A DNA stretch of 64,000 bases from the human T2T-CHM13v2.0 reference genome, Homo sapiens, in NCBI RefSeq assembly GCF_009914755.1, contig NC_060932.1; one strand, 5' to 3'. Below are positions 45,641-60,151 of this stretch, piece after piece. The notes under the pieces are model-generated. The model had not been told where the DNA came from. It searched no databases and worked only from the letters and a program-made list of their open reading frames with translations. Within the stretch, counting starts at the first letter, position 1. The number at the start of each line of letters is the position of its first letter. The position numbers and the translations under genes were made by a program.

Positions 45641-48019
45641 TAGGGTGGTTTAGATTTTTCCTCGCCAAAACTCATGTCAAAATTTAATTGCCAATGTGAC
45701 AATGTTAGGAGCTGGTGCCGTTAAGGGGTGACTAGGTCATTAACATGGATTAATGTCTTTCTCATAAGACTAAATTAGTTCTGGCAGAAATGAATTAATT
45801 CCCATGAGGGTGAGCATGCCTCTCCTATTTTGCTCTCTTTGCATGCACTTGCTTGCTCTTCAACTTTTCTGCCATGCTATTAAGTAGCATAAGTGCTTCA
45901 CCAAATGCAGCTGCCTCATCTTAGACTTCCCAACCTCTAGAACTATGAGTCAAAATAAACCTCGTTTCTGTATAAATTATTCAGTCATAGGTATTTTTTT
46001 GGTAGCAACATAAAATGTACTGAGGCAGAAAATTGGTACTGATGAGTGGGATGACACCTGAAAATGTGGAAGTGGCTTTGGAACTGGGTAATGGGTCGGG
46101 GCTGAACAAACTTGGGAATAGCAGGCTGGAAAAAAGCCTGTGTTGCATGAATGGAGTATTAAGGGTGATTCTGGTGAGAGCACAGAAGACGAGAAGGTTA
46201 CAGAAAGTCTGGATCTTTTTAGAGGTTGGTTAAGTGGTCATGACTAGAAAGCTCATAGAAATATGGACAGTAAAGGCCATTTTTATGAGATATCAGATGG
46301 AAAATGAGGAATATCTTACTGGGAACTTGTTGTATAGCCACAAAGAACTTGGATGCACTGTGTCCATGCCCTAGGGCTTTGTAGAAGGCCAAACTTAGGA
46401 GCAATGGAATAGCATATCTGGCAGAAATTTTTAAGTAGCAAAGTGCTCAGGCGGATGTATGGTTACTTATAACTGTTTACAGTGAGCTGCTAGAATACAG
46501 AGAAGCAGAGTGAAAAGATTTGAAAAATCCACAGCCTGAGCACATGGTAGAGAATGAAGAACGTCTTCAGGAGGAAATCAAGGGTGTGGCCCAGAGACTG
46601 TTTGCCAAGAAGATTAACATGGTTAGAAGGGAGCTAGGTAATACTCATCAAAACTATGGGAGAAAGATGCCAAGGCATTTCAGAGATCAAGGTTGTCCCT
46701 CCCATCACATGCCCAGAAGCCTAAGAGGGCAGAATGGTTTTCTGGGATTGACCCAGGGTGTTCCCAACTGGCTGACTGCCCAGGCTACCTAGGGACTCTG
46801 CTCCTTAAATTCCAGCACTGGGCCCCTTGGTCACTCCAGTCAAAGTTCCAGTGGCCCCAGGTGTGGCTCTTCCTATCACTCTGGAATGCAAATTGCAGAC
46901 CTTGGTAGTGCCCATGTGGTGCTAATTCTGCAGGTGTGCAGAATGTAAGAGTTATGGAAGCATGGCTTTCTCTACCTAGATTTCAAGGGATGTTACAGAA
47001 AGCCTGTGAACCCAGGCAAAAATTTGCTTCATGGGTGGAGCCATAAAGAGCCTCCACCAGTTATACCCAATGGAAATGTAAGGTTGGGGCCACTGTCAGG
47101 GCCCCAGAATACAGCCACTAGCAGCCTGCAATGCCTGCCTAAGAAAGCCACAGACACCAGGATGTAACTCTACCCAGAGACAGCAGCCACATGGACTGCA
47201 CCCAGCAAAGCTGTAGAGGAGGAGTTACCTGAGGCCTTGGGAGCCCAGCCCCATTCCAGTGTGCTCAGGAGGCAACACATAGAGTGAAAGATTATTTGAG
47301 GCCTTTAAGATTTAATGTCCTTCCCTCTGTGTTTCAGACTTGCTTTGGGCTGGTAACTCATTTCTTCCTCCCTATCTGTTCCTTTGGAGTGAGAATGTTT
47401 ACCCTATACCTGTTCTGCCATTGTATTTTAGAAGTAGACAACTTGTTTTTAATTTTACAGGCTCACAGGTGGAAGGAGCTTGCCTTGAGTCTCAGATGAG
47501 ACTTTGGACTTTAGACTTTTGAGTTGGTGCTAGAATGAATTAAGACTTTTGAGGCTACTGGGATGGATGACTTTTGCACGTGAGAAGGACACGAATTTTG
47601 GGGGTCCAAGGGAGGACTGCTATGGTTTAGATGTAATTTGTCACTGTCAAAACTTATGTTGAAATTTAATTGCCACTGTGACAATGTTGGGAGGTAGTTC
47701 TTTTAAGAGATGGTTAGGTCATTAAGATGAATTAATGGCTTTTTCATAAGACTGGATTAGTTTTCACAGGAATGGATTAGTTCCCATCCCACCCATGAGA
47801 GTGGGTTGTTATGAGGAGAGGTTACCTCTCCCATTTTGCTCACTTTACATTAGCTTGCTCATCCTTCCACTTTTCCACCAACTGATGAAGTAGCACTAGG
47901 CCCTTGTCAGATATAGCAGCCCAGTCTTGAACTTGCCAGCCTCCAGAATTACAAGCCAAAATAAACCTCTTTTCAGTCTCAGGTACTCTGTTATAGAAGC
48001 ATAAAAACCAACTAAGGCA
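45641..48019 (+). mobile_element. MST MaLR element (MSTC/D-like), LTR-int-LTR
   Basis: Related LTRs at about 45641-46027 and 47618-48019 (both end ACT(G/A)AGGCA); internal starts GAAAATTGGTACT; purine-rich tract before the 3' LTR. Confidence 0.88.
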
Positions 48020-48325
48020 GATGTTTAGATTAAAAAATACTTTAGATACAATAACCTGATCTTTCTCCTCTAACTTTGTAATGGAAACATTTCACCATGT
48101 TATTGAGATTTTATAGAATTATTTTACATTGCCGTGTAGCAGTTCAAAGACTGGCTGAGAATGATCACATACACAAATAAGATGCCTTTAAGGGGCAGTG
48201 TAATTTAAATGTAGGAATATAAAAGGGTTGGGTATAAAACCAGAGAGAGTGGTTAAAACTGAAACCAAGCTGAATATGAGGCCCAACTAAAGACATTCAA
48301 GTTGAATTTGTTTTAAATTTGACAA

Positions 48326-48890
48326 TCCAGAAATTTTACTCATAGATATGTACTCTCCAAGTTGAAAACAGGTATTTAAACAAAGTTTGTACACAAATAT
48401 TCACAAAAGTACTATTGGCAATAGCCAAAAGTTGAAAACAACCCAAATATCCATGAGTGGATGAACTGATATACAAAATGTAGTCTCTCCAGATAATGGA
48501 ATATTACTCAGCTATGAAAAGGAATGCACTACTGATATTTTATTCCTTGCTACAATGTGGATCAACCTTGAAATTTGGTGGATCATTATGCTAAGTGACA
48601 ACCAAGACATAAAATATGTCTGGTTTGTATGTATGATTTTATCTATATGAAATATCTGGAATAGAAAAATTCATAGAGACAGAAAGTTGATTAGGGATTA
48701 CCAGGGACTGGGGAAAAATGAGATGGGTAATAACTGCTTAACAGGTACAGGGCTTCTATTTGGGTGTCAGAAATATTTTGTAACTAGATAGAGGTGATGG
48801 TTGCACAACATTATGCATGTAGTGCCACTGAAATGTACACTATAAAATGGTGAATTTTATGTTATTAAAAAAACCCTCATTTTAAAAAAA
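48326..48890 (+). mobile_element. L1MB 3' end inserted in a MER103-like element (about 48160-48945)
   Basis: AATAGCCAAAAGTTGAAAACAACCCAAAT...TAGAGGTGATGGTTGCACAACATT; TTGACAA repeated at both junctions. Confidence 0.8.
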
Positions 48891-50236
48891 TTGACAAAGT
48901 CATATTTCTGGCTTTGGTCCTGGGTTGCCACCTTGTGAGCTCTAGAAACCATGATTTTGTTCACTATTTCCTTCTTCTTGTATGCATAAGTTATTTTTTG
49001 CTTTCCACATTATAAACATGGCTGCAATGAACATCTTTATGCATGACATCTTTCCATATTTTGTGTTACTCCTTTAGGATAGATTCTTGAAGGCAGCATT
49101 CTCAGTGTAAAATATATGGATATGTTTATGGTTTTTAATACATATTGCAAAGTTATTCCCTAATAAAATTGGATTAATTTAGCCCCCCACAAACACTACA
49201 TGAGAGGTCTTAATCACCTCATTCTCATCAGCATTCCCATGTTACTCTTTATAAATTGCTTGTATGGTACAGGACACTATGAGGCATCTCATAATTTTGC
49301 CTTTGATCTTGTAAAAGTCATTTCTCAATATTGGCTTCCTTTAGGAACTTCTTCTATATAAACATGAGATGCTCTGCTGCTTTTGGACTACCTGTTCTTC
49401 ACTAACTCCATAAGTCACCCTCATCACATTTGCCCATGCTGTGCCAGCTGTTTAAAATGCCTCTCCTTCCCCCTCTCGGAGCTACAAATTCATCAAGGCT
49501 GAGACTGTCATATTTCTCTATAGCTTTCTGACTCTCTGGCATTGTATTGTTTCCACTTCTCTACTCCCAAAGCCATTTGTCCCTACCTCTTTCATAGGGC
49601 AGTGCATTGTATGGGTGTTTTTTTTTCTCTTACATGTCTATTTTGTTCTCTGGATCTTGAGATCCTTCAATACAGAACTAATACTTACAAAACTAAAAGC
49701 TGAACTGACCCTACTAGCATTGTCCCTGACCCACTCTTCCACTGGACTCATCTGTCTACCGATGTGTCCAGGACATCTCAACAGCATGGCAACATGGTCT
49801 GAATACTCAAGAGCCATTCACAGTGAAGGAAGAGTGGTATTATTTATGCTATCAGATGGCAAGGCCTTGTCAATGAGACATGATTATACTACATGTGATA
49901 CAAGTGAAAAGGTAGGAGTTCCAAGTGGCAGAACTATGGTTGGTGTTCAAGAAATTGAAGTGGATTTCAAAGTGATTCTGGAAGCAAAAATGTCAACTGA
50001 GCTGCAAAGACATTGAATATAAGAGGTAGGTTAAAAAATGCATCACTAAGACATGTTCTCAATTCAAGGTTATGTGGAAAGTACATAGCTGGGTCCTCAT
50101 TCAACAAGAATACCCCTCAAAAAGGCTGGAGGGATAGAAAGAAGCTTTGAGCATCATTGTATGGCATGCCAATTTAAAATGTATGGATTTTAATGGTTAG
50201 CACTTCTCATACATCATTTATATGATCAATAATTTC

Positions 50237-50657
50237 AGTATAAAGTTTCCTATGGCTGCTGTAACAAGTTACCCAAAGTTGGTGACCTAAAATCAGTATC
50301 CTTGTGCTGAAAAGAGTTGCCAGCAGAGCCAGCTCCCTATGGAAGTCTAGGGGAGAATCCTTCCTTGTCTCTTCCAGCTTCTGGTAGCTGCTGGCATTCT
50401 TTGGTTTGTGGTTGTATCATTCCAAACTCTGCACTGTTTTCTCATTGCCTTTTTCTCTTCTATCTGTGTGTCAAATTCCTCAATGTCTCTCACCTACAAG
50501 GATACATAAGATTATATTTAGAGCCCACCAGGATAATCTGAGATAATCCTCCCATCTCAAGATCCTTAACTAGGGTAACATTCACATGTTCCATGGGTAA
50601 AGACATGGATTTTGTTTGGTGGGGAGGGGAAGAGAGGGGATTATTCATTCTATTACA
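50237..50657 (-). mobile_element. MLT1 LTR (MLT1C-like)
   Basis: GGCTGCTGTAACAAGTTACC...CTAGGGGAGAATCCTTCCTTG...CCCATCTCAAGATCCTTAA. Confidence 0.85.
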
Positions 50658-51249
50658 AATATATAAATGAAAATATTCTCAGTCAGTTTGCTGTAAAGCT
50701 CCAAGATAAGTAGTGCATTTATATTGTTTCTCTGCCTCTTTTTTATATTACAGACTTCCCAAAGGCCAGAATGTGACCTTCTGAGTCTCTTATCCAACCT
50801 GTGACTGCATCCTTGGTAGCAAGAAGAAAAAAATCCCAAAATCTTCAAATAGAGCTAAGTCCCAGTGACACAATTCTACTTGCTGTCTCTTTTGTAGACT
50901 CTTCCCTGCATTCTCAGAAGGAGCTTCAACCTCCACATCTGTAGAAAAATGGTTTTGGGTACAGCAGACTTTAATTCATTTAGCTGATATCCACTAATGT
51001 AGAGGCCAACACAAAAGCTCATCCATGAAAATTATCTCATGTCCTTTCATATCAAATCTGAAATCCTAATAAAGAGCAGAACATTCACAACTAATACTCC
51101 TGACATGGAAAGCCTGCCCACTACTTTGATTAGTCACTAAGTTCAAACAGTTAAATTATATCTCATGTCTTGTATTCCTTGAGGTCTAGCCAAAGACTAA
51201 AATCTAGTAGACAATGGAGGAGATGGTAGGGGATGAGACAAGAGAAGAA

Positions 51250-52090
51250 GGTGGAGGCCATTCCAGGTAGAAGCTGCTTATATGTATTGGTAAGGATGTT
51301 GTGCTTCATCTCAAGAACAACGAAACTCACTGAACGTTGGTTTGGAGAGAGGGTTAGGGAAAAGGGTGAGACAAGACCCTAACTGTATTTTCACATGGAT
51401 TACTTTGGTTGCAGCGTGGAGTTTCAAATGAATGAAGCAAGAATGGTTGGTGAGGGGACTGCACTAATCCTGACACAAAATTATGTTGGCTTGAACTAAG
51501 GGGTGGCATTGGAGATGGAGAAGTAAAGACATCAGGAAATATATGAAGATAGAGACAAGAGGGCTTGGAGGATGTGGAGGGTGAGAAATAGGTTTCGTGG
51601 ATGTTTTAAATTTCTGGTAGGAAAGGATGGAAGTGCCACCATGCTGAGTTAGAAAACACCGGAACAGGATGAGATTTTTGAGGAAAGATGACATTACCTA
51701 AACAGCAATAACAATAAGGCAAGTGGATATTCAGGCAGGGAGCAGACACACTACTGTGAGAAATCAGTACCTGGAAGAATACTCGAGTCCTGCAGATGGG
51801 TGAGATTTCCTAGGCACCGTGTTCTGTCTGGAAGGGACAGGCACCCTCAGATGATAAGGGACCAACAGTTAGAGAGGAAGAAAACCAGGAGATACAGTGC
51901 CATGGAAGCTAAAAGAAGACGAGATTTCAAGAAGTGCTGAATACTGTTGAGGTATCAAGTACAATTGCGACTGGAAACTGTCCACTGGATTTAATGCCAT
52001 GAATTGAGGATCTCAGCAAAAATCATTTTTGTACAGTAAGCCAGACTAGGGTGGGAGGAAAGGGAGACAGCAAATTGAGACAATAGTTTT
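51250..52090 (-). mobile_element. L2 fragment
   Basis: GGCTTGAACTAAGGGGTGGCATTGGAGATGGAGAAG...GTCCACTGGATTTA. Confidence 0.7.
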
Positions 52091-53600
52091 GGGGATTCAC
52101 AGAATCCAGTAATGCATATAAAGCACTCAGCACAGTGTTAACACCTAGTGGCTGAACAATAAATGTTAATTTCCTTGCCTTCCTCATCTTAAACACCAAT
52201 TGACTTTCCCTTTTGGATACTGACAGAGATGAATGCAAATGTTTCTTTTCATGGCTTTGCAAAAGTACCAATAAAAGTGATTTTCTATCACCAAGATACA
52301 GCCTGCTGATGTGAAATATACCCAGGCCTGCTTATTATTGTTGTTGTTCTCCAGGACATTGCCGATGTCAAATCATGTAAATCTATATTATCATAAAGGC
52401 AATTAATTAATTGTATATCTAAAAGTGCTTAATTTTTATGCCTCTGCTAGACTTCTTGGACATATTTCTGAACCACATGCAACCACGCTTAGCTCAGACA
52501 ATAATATTCCCAATGTTTATCCATTATTGTACTCAAGATTCATGTTATCTATTTTACTTATGATAAAATCCACATGAGATTTCACTTAGAAAAAATAAGG
52601 GCTTTTGCTATTCACACATAACCAGATGCAGAGAAGCTTTTGAGACCCCAGAGCCAAGGCCTCCAAATTGTTGGGGTGATCCATTCATTTATGCCATCTA
52701 TAACTGCGTATTAGGAACCAGATGAGAACCTTATGGGACAAAATAACTTTAAAAACAGCAACATTAAGCCTGTCTTGGAATATAAAATGTAAAAAGATTA
52801 CTTGGCCTCCATAAGTTGCAGATAACAGAAGAGAAATAACAAAGGAAATATCCTGCAGACTGACACAGAGCAGGAGCTCTCCATAAGGAGATTTTTAATA
52901 ACTTCTGTCTCCAAAACAGCCCACCCCACCTTTATCCTATCTGAATGCCAGAAATTGTTCATTGCCCACACATTTAAGAGTTGGAATCTCTTTTTCACAT
53001 ATTGAGTTATAATTCCCAAATGATAGCTTCACTGACCTATTACTACTTGAAGTGATACATGCTAAAATAATCAAATATATAAAAGGCAGAAAAAGCTTGA
53101 GTCTCACTGGGGTGAAGAGCTCCTTGCAGATGGCTGGACCTCAAGTGTCTTGATTTCCCCACTCTCTATAGTAGGGTATTAATAACTGATAACAGTGGTT
53201 GAATGTTTACCTATGCATCAAGAAGTGTTCTTGAGATTTATATGCACCACCTATGTAATTCTCATCCAATCTTAGGAGTATGAGGTAAACATTATTCATC
53301 CCCACTGTGCAAATGAGGAAAAAGAGGTTCAGAGAGATGAAGTTCCATGGTAATAATTTGAAGAGCTAGAATCCAAACTCATGGAATCTGACCACAGAGA
53401 TTAAGCACATTACAAATGTTTGTGGGTGGATATATGGAAGGAAGTAGCGTATAAGTGGAGATATGGTTGAATAAATGCATGGATGGAGAGACAGCAGGAT
53501 GGAGACCAACAGAGGAATGAATGGGTGGATGGAGAGTTGGATACATGGATATTCATCTGTCTTAGGTTCAGTAAAAAACACAAACTTCCAAGGGCACTCG

Positions 53601-54471
53601 TGTGGTGTTATGATATATAATTGGTTTTCATCCATGGTTCCTGGCTCCTAACTCCCATAGTCCTTGTTATAATATTGGGGCACTTTGGGCCTCAGGAAAC
53701 AGAATCTCTCTCTGACCTTCTTCATGTCCTTCTTTCACCTGCCCAGTGCCAGACTCTAATCTGATTGTGGATCAGAAGACCCTAATCCAGAGAGATTCCT
53801 GCCCCATACCTAGAGGAAGGAATGCTAAACAGAGAGGCCAAGAAAAGTTTGAATGGACAAGCCTTGCTGGTGTAGATTATGCGCTTTTTGTCCAATCACA
53901 TTTCCACAGGGTTGTCAATCATGCCTAAGTAATGAAGCCTCCATAGAAAACCCAAGAGAACTGTGTTCAGGGAGCTTCCAGACAGCTGATCATGTGAAGA
54001 TTTCTGGAGGGTGGCGGTGCATCCAGGGAGGGCATGGAAGCTCCACACCCCTTCCCCTAGACCTCACCTTACCCATCTCTTCATCTATATCCTTTGTAAT
54101 ATCCATATAATAAACTGTAAATGTGTTTCCTGGAGTTCTGTGAGCTATTCTAGCAAATCAATCGAACTCAAAGAGGGGGTCATGGGAACCCCAACTGGCA
54201 ACTGCTTGGTCAGAAGTTCTAGAGGTCTGAACTTGAGACTAGTGTCTGACGGGAGGCAGTTTGAGGACTGAGCCCCCAACCTATGGGACCTGACACTATC
54301 TCCAGGTAGATGGTGTCAGAATTGATTTGGGGGACACCCAGCTGGTGTCTGCTGCCTGGTGTACAGTGAAAAACCCCCATACCTTTGGTCACAGATGTCT
54401 TCTTCTGTGTTAATGATTGTTGTGCTATCAGAGCAGAGGAAAAACACTTTAAGAGAGTTTTTCCCTACACG
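53601..54471 (+). mobile_element. MER21-family solo LTR
   Basis: Starts TGTGGTGTTATGATATATAATTGGTTTTCATCCATGGTTCCTGGCTC; internal AATAAA; imperfect TSD ACTCG / ACTAG. Confidence 0.8.
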
Positions 54472-54884
54472 ACTAGAAATGATGATTGAAAGCTGACTCT
54501 TGTTCTTTAATCCAGTTTCACGTGAGAATGAGTCATCAGTCCCTGCATGCTATGCTTCTTATTATGTGATGCTGTCAGACTATAGGGGAGGCAGGTCTTC
54601 AGACTGAGATGCAGGGGATGAGAGGGAAGGTGTTGGGTGGGGAGGCGTGTCATATCTCTTTGGGTCTTGATTACTGAAGAGTCAGGCATGACACGTGAAA
54701 TAGTGTCCAGAAACTGGGTGATAAGTTGTTATCTGGAAATGGCAGCAAGCAAATCACACAGGCAAGGGTCTTGCTCATGTATCTTGGGATTGAGCCAGGG
54801 AGTCCTGAAAAGGACTAGAACTCTCCTCCATCAACCATGTTACTGAAATTAGATTCCTCATAGGTTCTGAGATTACTCCTCTAA

Positions 54885-55231
<347 letters not shown>

Positions 55232-55769
55232 CACTAAGGTATTTTTGAAAGACAGTGTTTACCCCAGTGATGATGGAGTGAATCAGAGGCAGGGGACTGG
55301 GGGTGTTGCAGACATTGTTATGAGGAGCAGGGCTTCCCCTGGGACCACCTTAAGGAGAAAAGGAGAATCAAAGAGAGAAAGAAAATCTGAGGCTAGAGTT
55401 AGGAAGAACAGAATCAAGGCTTCTTGGTCCTATAGGTCCTCTTCAGTGGGAAATTCTCATTCTGGGGCTAAACCTGGGAGATTTCGAGATTTACTTTCTT
55501 TACCCAGGGACACAACTTTCATAAGTTCTTGTGGAACGTTTGGTGAGATACTCTGTATTTTGTAAGCTGCAGATGTGTAGACTTAAGGCTGACCACATTG
55601 CATCAAGCTGGTCACACTGGCAGCTGCTCACCCAGAGTGATGCCCACCCCATAGGAGTACAGATCAGATAAACTGCTAGCAAAAGGAATACTTATCATGT
55701 TGAGCAACTATCCTAGGTCAAGTATTTTACAGAGATCCTCTCTACTACTTAAAGTTATTGGGCATTTGG

Positions 55770-56984
55770 CATATGCAGAACATTGAAACTGGACCCCTCC
55801 CTTACACCTTATACAAAAATTAACTCAAGATGGATTAAAGTCTTAAGTGTAAAACCCAAAACTACAAAAACCCTAGAAGAAAATCTAGGCAATACAATTC
55901 AGGACATAGGCACAGGCAAAGGTTTCATGACGAAAACATCAAAAGTGCAACAAAGGCAAAAATTGACACATGGGATCTAAACTAAAGAGCTTCTGCACAG
56001 CAAAAGAAACTATCATCAGAGTGAACAGACAGCCTACTGTATAGGAGACAATTTTTGCAATCTGTCCATCTGACAAAGGTCTAATATACAGAATCTACAA
56101 GGAACTTAAACAAATTTACAAGAAAATAAAACAACCCCATTAAAAAGTGGGCAAAGGACATAAACAGACACTTCTCAAAAGAAGACATTTATGTGGCCAA
56201 GAAACATGAAAAAATGCTCAACATCACTGATAATTAGAGAAATGCAAATCAAACCACAATGAGATAACATATCACACCAGTCAGAATGGTGATGATTAAA
56301 AAGTCAAGAAACAACAGATGCTGGCAAGGCTGTGGAGAAATAGAAATGCTTTTACACTGTTGGTGGGAAAGTTAATTAGTTCAACCAGTGTGGAAGACCA
56401 TGTGGCAATTCCTCAAAGACCTAGAAGCAGAAATACCATTTGACCCAGCAATCCCATTACTGGGCGTATACCCAAAGGAATATAAATCATTCTATTATAA
56501 AGATACATGCATGTGTATGTTCATTGCAGCACTATTCACAATAGCAAAGACATGGAATAAGCCCAAATGCCCAGCAATGACAGATTGGATAAAGAAAATG
56601 TGGTACATATACACCATGGAATATGATGCAGCCATGAAAAGGAACAAGATCATGCCCTTTGCAGGGACATAGATGGAGCTGGAAGCCATTATCCTTAGCA
56701 AACTAACACAGGAACAGAAAACCAAACACTGCATGTTCTCACTTATAAGTGGGAGCTGAACAGTGAGAACACATGGACACAGGGAGGGGAACAACATGCA
56801 TCGGGGCCTGTTGTGGGGGTGGGAAGGGAGAGCATCAGGATAAATAGCTAATGCACACGGGGCTTAATACCTAGGTGATGGGTTGGTAGGTGCAGCAAAC
56901 CACCATGGCACACATTTACCTATGTAACAAACTTACATGTTGTGCACATGAATCCCAGAACATAAAATTAAATTTAAAAAATAA
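55770..56984 (+). mobile_element. 5'-truncated L1PA (older, roughly L1PA10-13), ORF2 C-terminus and 3'UTR
   Basis: ORF2 remnant ([11 protein letters not shown]...[13 protein letters not shown]); TSD TAAAGTTATTGGGCA(T/C)TTGG at 55750-55769 and 56985-57004. Confidence 0.95.
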
Positions 56985-57000
56985 TAAAGTTATTGGGCAC

Positions 57001-57160
57001 TTGGAATGTGGCTAGTCATCTGAGGAAGTGAATTTTAAATTTTATTTGCCTACTTTAATATGTTCCAATTTGAATGCCACATGTGGCCATTGCGTACCAT
57101 ATTGGGCAGTGCAGAACAGAACACTTCCATCATCACAGAAAATTCTCTTGGACAGTGCTG
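57001..57160. mobile_element. MER3/MER33-like hAT fragment
   Basis: AATGTGGCTAGT...GCCACATGTGGC...TTCCATCATCACAGAAAATTCTCTTGGACAGTGCTG. Confidence 0.75.
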
Positions 57161-57321
57161 CCTTAGGGCGGCTTTTCAGCGAGGTCCTGTAAACCCTGTT
57201 TTGACTGAAGAAGAAACTAAAGCTGAGATGTCAAATCATTTGCCCAGCATGACAAAAAGTGAGGGTAGCAAAGCCAGGATTTGAGCTTTGGTCTTTCTGA
57301 CTCCAAAGCCTCTTTTTATTT

Positions 57322-58411
<1,090 letters not shown>

Positions 58412-58559
58412 CTAATCAATAATTTTCCCCGTTCAAGAAGGTTTAATGTGGCTTTTCCTAGAGCCTTTCCCACTACAGCACAAATAAAAACTAACCCTAT
58501 GTCATAAATGTACTCTAAATTATTTTAAATGTATATATAAATATGAATGAATCAATAAT

Positions 58560-58885
58560 GGTAGTGCAGTTTACATTACAATAAGACATAACCCTCTCTG
58601 TGGCTGAATGTGATGAAGGGTCATTTCTGCCTCGTTCACATGACAAGTTACGAAAGGTCATTTCTGCCTCGTTCACATGACAAGTCCACTGTGGATCTGA
58701 GCAGGGCTCTGCTGGAGAAGGCTACATGGCCAACTCTCCTTTCGCAGCCACCCAGACTCCCCGGCTCCTAAAGCTGCTAACCGGAACTCATGTATCAGTT
58801 CCATTCCCATTCATTAGTCAAAGCAAGTCACAGTGCATCTTAAAGGAGAGGAAATAAGTGGTGAAAGCACTGATATCTTCTACAA
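58560..58885 (-). mobile_element. Old MLT1-like LTR fragment containing a 37-bp tandem duplication
   Basis: CCCATTCATTAGTCAAAGCAAGTCACA resembles MLT1; duplication at 58615-58685. Confidence 0.5.
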
Positions 58886-59127
58886 GCAACTCATTATCTT
58901 GGCATGTGTCAGTTTCTTTTAAAAGTGTGTTTTAAATTACATGAAATCTTTCTTTGGTTGTTCAGATTCTAAAATCACAAATATTGATGCTTTTGTTCCC
59001 TTAAGAGGCTTTGTCCGGCACCCAGACTGCAGAGTGTTCTGGCCTTTGTGTTAGAGAAGAGGAGGATGAAACAGTATGTTTCCTGTCTACAGGGGGATGC
59101 TGGCTAGTAGAGGACACATGAAGAAAT

Positions 59128-59211
59128 CAACCATCCCAGTTTGCCTGGGACTCAGAAGTTTCCCAGAACATGAGACTCTTGAGTGTTAAAAGTAGAATTC
59201 CTGGGCAAACT
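59128..59211. mobile_element. MER81/MER94-type hAT-Blackjack MITE
   Basis: CAACCATCCCAGTTTGCCTGGGACT...TCCTGGGCAAAC with imperfect inverted ends. Confidence 0.6.
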
Positions 59212-59593
59212 CCCTCTGCATTCATGGGGTATGAGATTTGATGAACATCCTACACAAATAAACAGACCACTATACTCCTGTTTGAGAGAATTATGATGGG
59301 GAGCAAGAGATGTTTTGAAAACACAGAGACGGGCCATCTAACTGGAGAAGGTAGGGTGGGGGTCCTTAATCAGGGTGTGGGGATGGAGGTTGCTGGAGGG
59401 GAAGTATGTACCAGGCAAAAGGAACTTCACACACAAATGTGTGGTGGCCAGAGAGAATGTGGCTCATTCAGAGAACTGTGAATGCTTAATTATGCCTGGT
59501 GTCTAGAATTTAACATGAAGGTGGGGTGGGGGAGCCTTAATATACCGATTTTAGAATGTCTGTAAGATAAGTTTATGATTTACACATGTACTC

Positions 59594-59891
59594 GGCCGGG
59601 CACAGTGGCTCATGCCTGCAATCCCAGCACTTTGGGAGGCCAAGGCAGGCGATCACCTGAGGTCAGGAGTTTGAGACCAGCCTGGCCAACATGGTGAAAA
59701 CCCATCTCTACTAAAAAAGTACAAAAATTTGCTGGGCATGGTGGCGGGCACCTGTAATCCCAGCTACTCGGAAGGCTGAGGCAGAGAATCCTTTGAACTC
59801 AGGAGGTGGAGGTTGCAGTGAGCCGAGATGGCACCATTGCACTCCAGTCTGGGCGACAAGAGTGAAACCCCATCTCAGAAACAAACAAAAA
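59594..59891 (+). mobile_element. AluSq-like
   Basis: GGCCGGGCACAGTGGCTC...GCGACAAGAGTGAAAC plus an A-rich tail. Confidence 0.94.
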
Positions 59892-60129
59892 GAATTACTC
59901 ACTTAAAAAAAATTACTCACTTTTAATTTAATTAAAATTATTTTCAGGTGGAAATACATTCATATGACACAGAGTTTAACAGGGTCTAGAGTAGTCTGTC
60001 TCTTATTCTGCTATTTAGATAACTGTTCCTATTCCCATAGGCAACCAAGGTTTTTAGTTTCTTTTTTTTTTCTTGGTTTATAAGTAAATGCATTTTTAAA
60101 AATTTTTAATTTTTGTGAGCACATAGTAC

Positions 60130-60151
60130 ATATATATATATATATATATAT
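60130..60151. repeat. (AT)n microsatellite
   Basis: About 11 AT units. Confidence 0.95.
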
